The notes under the pieces are model-generated. The model made no database searches. It was not told the DNA's origin and saw only the letters and a program-made list of their open reading frames with translations. From sequence record SRR31156797_1064: DNA of 64,000 nt; one strand, written 5' to 3'. A program made the translations under genes and the position numbers. Below, in pieces: positions 60,303 through 64,000 of this stretch (within the stretch, counting starts at the first letter, position 1; each line of letters opens with the position of its first letter).

Positions 60303-60986
60303 TCACTCCCTCAGAACTATCTTCAGATTGCCTTCGTTAACCTGCAGGGATTCAACGCCGTCTGCAAATCCCTGCCAAAAACCTTTTTCTGTACCGAATT
60401 CTTCGATGAGATCAATGTTTTTCATGCCGCCAAGCCAGGCTTTTGGGAGAGGGACACCCATGAGCGAAATGCCGCGAAAGATAATTATCGGACGATTTTG
60501 ACGGTAGGCAAGTTCGGCTCCAGCCCTTATTTTTAAGGTTTTACCTCCTAGTATAGGGAAGTCAGGTGGAATAGGGATCAGCATCTTGATACTCACCAGG
60601 TCCTGGGCCAGGTCTATGGCAACTTGTTCGGCCAGGTTAGTATTTGTTGTCAGTAGACTATTAAGCTCTTTTTCGTTGAATAACACAGTGCGACTGGCAG
60701 CGTCTTCTGTGTATGCTTCAGGTGTGATTCCAGGCAGTTTCTTCTCTCCCTTTGGCAGACTCTCTCTATTTTTTGTGGTAGTGGCTACAGGGCCATCCAG
60801 CTGATGGAGTTTTACTTCAAGCTCCTCCTGTTCTTGAGGGGTGAGAATGACTGGGGTAAAGGGCTGCGGATAAAGGAAAATCCGGAAGATGAACAAGGTT
60901 GCAATGATGGTACATGCTATTGCCAAAAAGACGATGACGGCTACTTGTTTGCCAGAAAATTTATTCTTTTGCTGCTTTTGCTCCAT
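60303..60986 (-). CDS. Membrane-anchored hypothetical protein
   Basis: 227-aa ORF with RBS GGAGG, single N-terminal TM and motif GVPLPKAWLGGMKNIDL. Confidence 0.75.
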   Translation of the reverse strand: MEQKQQKNKFSGKQVAVIVFLAIACTIIATLFIFRIFLYPQPFTPVILTPQEQEELEVKLHQLDGPVATTTKNRESLPKGEKKLPGITPEAYTEDAASRTVLFNEKELNSLLTTNTNLAEQVAIDLAQDLVSIKMLIPIPPDFPILGGKTLKIRAGAELAYRQNRPIIIFRGISLMGVPLPKAWLGGMKNIDLIEEFGTEKGFWQGFADGVESLQVNEGNLKIVLRE

Positions 60987-61205
60987 GTCTTTCCTCCTTC
61001 ATGTGTACCAGCCTAAGAATTATTTTATACCATTAGGCATATGGCAGGGGAATAAAGAATATATTCGATTCATGCTGGTTTTCCTTTTTCTGCTACTTAT
61101 TATTTTATTGCGCTGGCAGCCTATCACCGGTAAATCAGCTTGTTACTTGTTTTTGAAGACTTTCCCGTTGTCGCTAAAAATATTTTTCCTGTGAGCTTGG
61201 TAGTT

Positions 61206-62453
61206 ATGAATGGTTATCTCCTTTTTATTGTCGGTGTTATTGTAGCGCATTACCTGCTAGATGTGACCGTATCGTTACTGAATCTGCGATCCCTTGACCC
61301 TGAGCTGCCCGAAGAGTTTACGGGCGTCTATGATAATGCCAAGTATAGAGAGTCTCAGGAATACATACGGGTCACCACCAGGTTCTCATTGCTGCAGACA
61401 ACTATTGTTACTGCTGTCACCTTACTGTTTATTGTTTGCGGCGGGTTTAATTATCTAGACACGTTGGCAAGATCTTTTGCCTTTTCTTCGCTTTTTACCG
61501 GCCTCTTGTTTATTGGCATTTTAGCTTTGCTTTCTTCAGTATTGAGCCTTCCCTTTTCCCTTTATTCAACCTTTGTTATCGAGCAGCGGTTTGGTTTCAA
61601 TACAACCACCCCAATAACCTACTTACTTGATATGGCAAAAGCAATGTTGCTTGCCGTGCTGCTTGGGGCACCACTTTTAGGTTTTATTCTATGGTTTTTT
61701 GAGACAAGTGGCCAGTGGGCATGGCTTTACTGCTGGTTGGCTGTTGTTGCTTTTATTGTTATTGCGCAGTTTTTAGCACCAGTGCTCATCATGCCGCTTT
61801 TTAACAAATTTATTCCTCTCGAAGAGGGGGAGCTTAAAGACGCCGTTACCGGCTATGCTGGAAAGCAGCAGTTTGCATTGCAGGGGATATATACCATGGA
61901 CGGTTCCAAACGTTCCACACGATTGAATGCCTTTTTCACTGGATTTGGCAAGTATCGCCGGATTGTCTTTTTTGATACGTTGCTTGAGAAGGTGTCGACC
62001 AGTGAACTGGTAGCCATCTTAGCCCATGAAATGGGGCATTTTAAGAAAAAACATATAATGATGATGCTGGCTGCCTCCATCCTGCAGACTGGAATCATGT
62101 TTTATATCATGTCCTTTTTTATTAAAAATGAGCACCTTTTTGCTGCTTTTCAGATGGAACACCTGTCCATTTACGCAAGCCTGGTATTTTTTAGTTTTCT
62201 CTATTCACCCCTATCCACAGTTCTTTCCATTTTTTTTCACGCCGCATCCAGACGTCATGAATATGAGGCCGATGCCTTTGCAGTGACAACCACCAGTGAT
62301 AAAGAAAGTCTTATTAGTGGATTAAAGAAACTCAGTGTCAGTAATCTGTCTAACCTGACTCCCCATCCACTCAACGTCTTTTTACACTACAGTCACCCGC
62401 CGATTTTGCGTCGTATACAAGCCTTGCGGGAACTCCATATCCCAAATGTATAG
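61206..62453 (+). CDS. M48 family Ste24-type zinc metallopeptidase
   Basis: Multiple TM segments, DGSKRS...NAFFTG.G, LAHEMGH, SRRHEYEADAFA, YSHPP. Confidence 0.94.
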   Translation: MNGYLLFIVGVIVAHYLLDVTVSLLNLRSLDPELPEEFTGVYDNAKYRESQEYIRVTTRFSLLQTTIVTAVTLLFIVCGGFNYLDTLARSFAFSSLFTGLLFIGILALLSSVLSLPFSLYSTFVIEQRFGFNTTTPITYLLDMAKAMLLAVLLGAPLLGFILWFFETSGQWAWLYCWLAVVAFIVIAQFLAPVLIMPLFNKFIPLEEGELKDAVTGYAGKQQFALQGIYTMDGSKRSTRLNAFFTGFGKYRRIVFFDTLLEKVSTSELVAILAHEMGHFKKKHIMMMLAASILQTGIMFYIMSFFIKNEHLFAAFQMEHLSIYASLVFFSFLYSPLSTVLSIFFHAASRRHEYEADAFAVTTTSDKESLISGLKKLSVSNLSNLTPHPLNVFLHYSHPPILRRIQALRELHIPNV

Positions 62454-62516
62454 AATGAATTCGACTCATGCAAGAAAGTGGTGATGTATATGCGGTGTGA
62501 GCAGGAAAAAGAGTAA

Positions 62517-63638
62517 ATGAAGAAGATTGCCATCCAGATGGAAAGTGCGTGGTTGTCCCAGCTTAGCACTGAATTTGATAACATTTGTTACCAGTACAGA
62601 TTACAGTTGCGGCCCCCTATCCTGCAGATTTCCAGATCAACAAGGGTACTGGGCAGCTGGGAAGGGCAATCGCGAACTCTGAGTATCAGCAGCTATCTTA
62701 TACTAGAGCATCCGTGGCAGGTAACGCTGCAGGTATTAAAACATGAAATGGCCCACCAGATATGCAGTGAGATTTATCGTGATCAAAAAAACGGCCATGG
62801 GGAGGGGTTTAAGAAAGCATGTTGTTTGATTGGGGTGGACCAATGCTTTAAGCGGGCAGCGGCAGACACTGCAGAATTTCTTTCTGCCTGGCAAGAAGAA
62901 GAAAAAGCGCCTCAACAGCATATTCTGGATAAGATAAAGAAGTTATTTGCTCTGGGCCAATCTGGAAACGAACATGAAGCAGCCCTGGCTCTGCAAAAGG
63001 CAGGCAATCTGCTTCGGCAGCATAACTTGTCCATGGCTCATCTCGTGCAAAGCAATGATCTTACACACAGGACCATTGACACTAAGAAACAAAGAATGGC
63101 TGTGCATTTGAAGGTGATTTCTTCCCTCCTGGATGGCTACTTCGGTGTGCGCGTGATCCATGCAAGCCAGTATGATCCCTATTTGGATAAAGTCCATAAG
63201 ACCATAGAACTGATGGGTACGAGGGAAAATGTTACCATTGCTGAGCATTGCTATTATTTTCTAGAAGAGCGGTTGGGTACACTTTGGAAGTCTCATCAGG
63301 GTGGCCTTGTTGGCGACCGCAGGATGGCAAAGAAGAGTTATTATCTGGGACTTTTGGCTGGATTTAAAGAAAAACTTGCAAGCGAGAAAAAGGCTTCTGT
63401 TGCTCGGAAGGAACCTTTAGACAAAGCGCTTATGGAGAAGGCCTTATTGAAAACAGAAGACATGCTCGATATCTTTGTGACTAAGCGTTTCCCACGGCTG
63501 CGCACAACCAAAACCAACAAGATGTATATCAATCCTGATGTCTATCGCAAAGGTTGTGCGACAGGGAAAAAAATCCATCTTCGGCAGCCAATGGACGGTG
63601 GCCGTAAACCGCTGTTGTTGCCTGGAAAGGATGACTAA
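62517..63638 (+). CDS. SprT-like zincin plus DUF2786-like domain protein
   Basis: LGSW, VLKHEMAHQ, HGEGFKKAC; KIKKLFALGQSGNEHEAALA. Confidence 0.8.
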   Translation: MKKIAIQMESAWLSQLSTEFDNICYQYRLQLRPPILQISRSTRVLGSWEGQSRTLSISSYLILEHPWQVTLQVLKHEMAHQICSEIYRDQKNGHGEGFKKACCLIGVDQCFKRAAADTAEFLSAWQEEEKAPQQHILDKIKKLFALGQSGNEHEAALALQKAGNLLRQHNLSMAHLVQSNDLTHRTIDTKKQRMAVHLKVISSLLDGYFGVRVIHASQYDPYLDKVHKTIELMGTRENVTIAEHCYYFLEERLGTLWKSHQGGLVGDRRMAKKSYYLGLLAGFKEKLASEKKASVARKEPLDKALMEKALLKTEDMLDIFVTKRFPRLRTTKTNKMYINPDVYRKGCATGKKIHLRQPMDGGRKPLLLPGKDD

Positions 63639-64000
63639 TCATCTGTTTGGGTATCCTGAGGATTATTGGGACTCAGAAACTCGATACACTTCGGTAAAGG
63701 CATGGGCGGTGAGAAAAAATATCCCTGAATTTCAAAGCACCCCAGATTTTGAAGGCACTGCAGTTGTTCATTGTGCTCAACTCCCTCAGCGACCAGGCCT
63801 AAATTTAATTTTTTTGCCATGAGTATAATGGTTTCAACGATGGTGAAGTTCTCTCTGTCGCTAAGGATATCGTCTATAAAGGACTTGTCTATCTTAAGCA
63901 CAGAGATCGGCAATTTTTTTAAATAGGCCATAGACGAGTAACCGGTTCCAAAGTCATCGACTGCAAGCATGATTTTGTGCTTCTCAAACCAATTTAACAG
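63635..64000 (-). CDS. EAL-domain c-di-GMP phosphodiesterase, C-terminal part only
   Basis: DDFGTGYSS, LKIDKSF, AEGVE, QGYFFSPP. The 5' part lies outside the window. Confidence 0.92.
   Translation of the reverse strand: MLNWFEKHKIMLAVDDFGTGYSSMAYLKKLPISVLKIDKSFIDDILSDRENFTIVETIILMAKKLNLGLVAEGVEHNEQLQCLQNLGCFEIQGYFFSPPMPLPKCIEFLSPNNPQDTQTDD

Noticed and set aside
1-64000. CRISPR arrays, tRNA/rRNA genes, intact transposases, prophage genes
   Set aside because: None recognised by eye; tRNAscan, Rfam and CRISPR finders were not run.

Overview
A 64-kb bacterial chromosome segment. Gene content and style (SbtM-type radical SAM enzyme, Desulfo-type porin, sigma54 activator, metX-metW-cysE-cysK) suggest a sulfate-reducing Desulfobacterota, probably Desulfobulbales; this is inference. 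The main result is at the left end (1-8916): a minus-strand operon of PfkB adenosine-kinase-like gene, ahcY, metK, LysA-fold decarboxylase, stand-alone SET-domain methyltransferase and class III aminotransferase (running off the window). It has a readable sigma54 -24/-12 promoter, three related 17-bp candidate enhancer sites and a divergent sigma54 activator with a degenerate receiver domain. The last three enzymes match the methionine-methylation route to DMSP (Met > S-methylmethionine > DMSP-amine > DMSP-aldehyde), here coupled to its own SAM regeneration module. Other notable items: a TetR+CsaA cassette bounded by 19-bp inverted repeats; a dockerin-bearing glycoside hydrolase near a cohesin-domain protein; a RES-Xre toxin-antitoxin pair; an unlisted Trp-Trp-Trp leader peptide and attenuator ahead of trpS-pheA; a dispersed hairpin repeat; an 8-gene MotA/TolQ + two ExbD-TM/vWA + PEGA/FGE-sulfatase envelope cluster; a phosphoesterase with a ParB-like/AsnC fusion partner; an acyl ligase-ACP-PlsC fusion; and an orphan thio(seleno)oxazole RiPP maturase. 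The rest is housekeeping (liv transporter, ettA, Met/Cys biosynthesis). No rRNA, tRNA, CRISPR array or intact transposase was seen. All calls come from motif reading by eye; no database searches were run.
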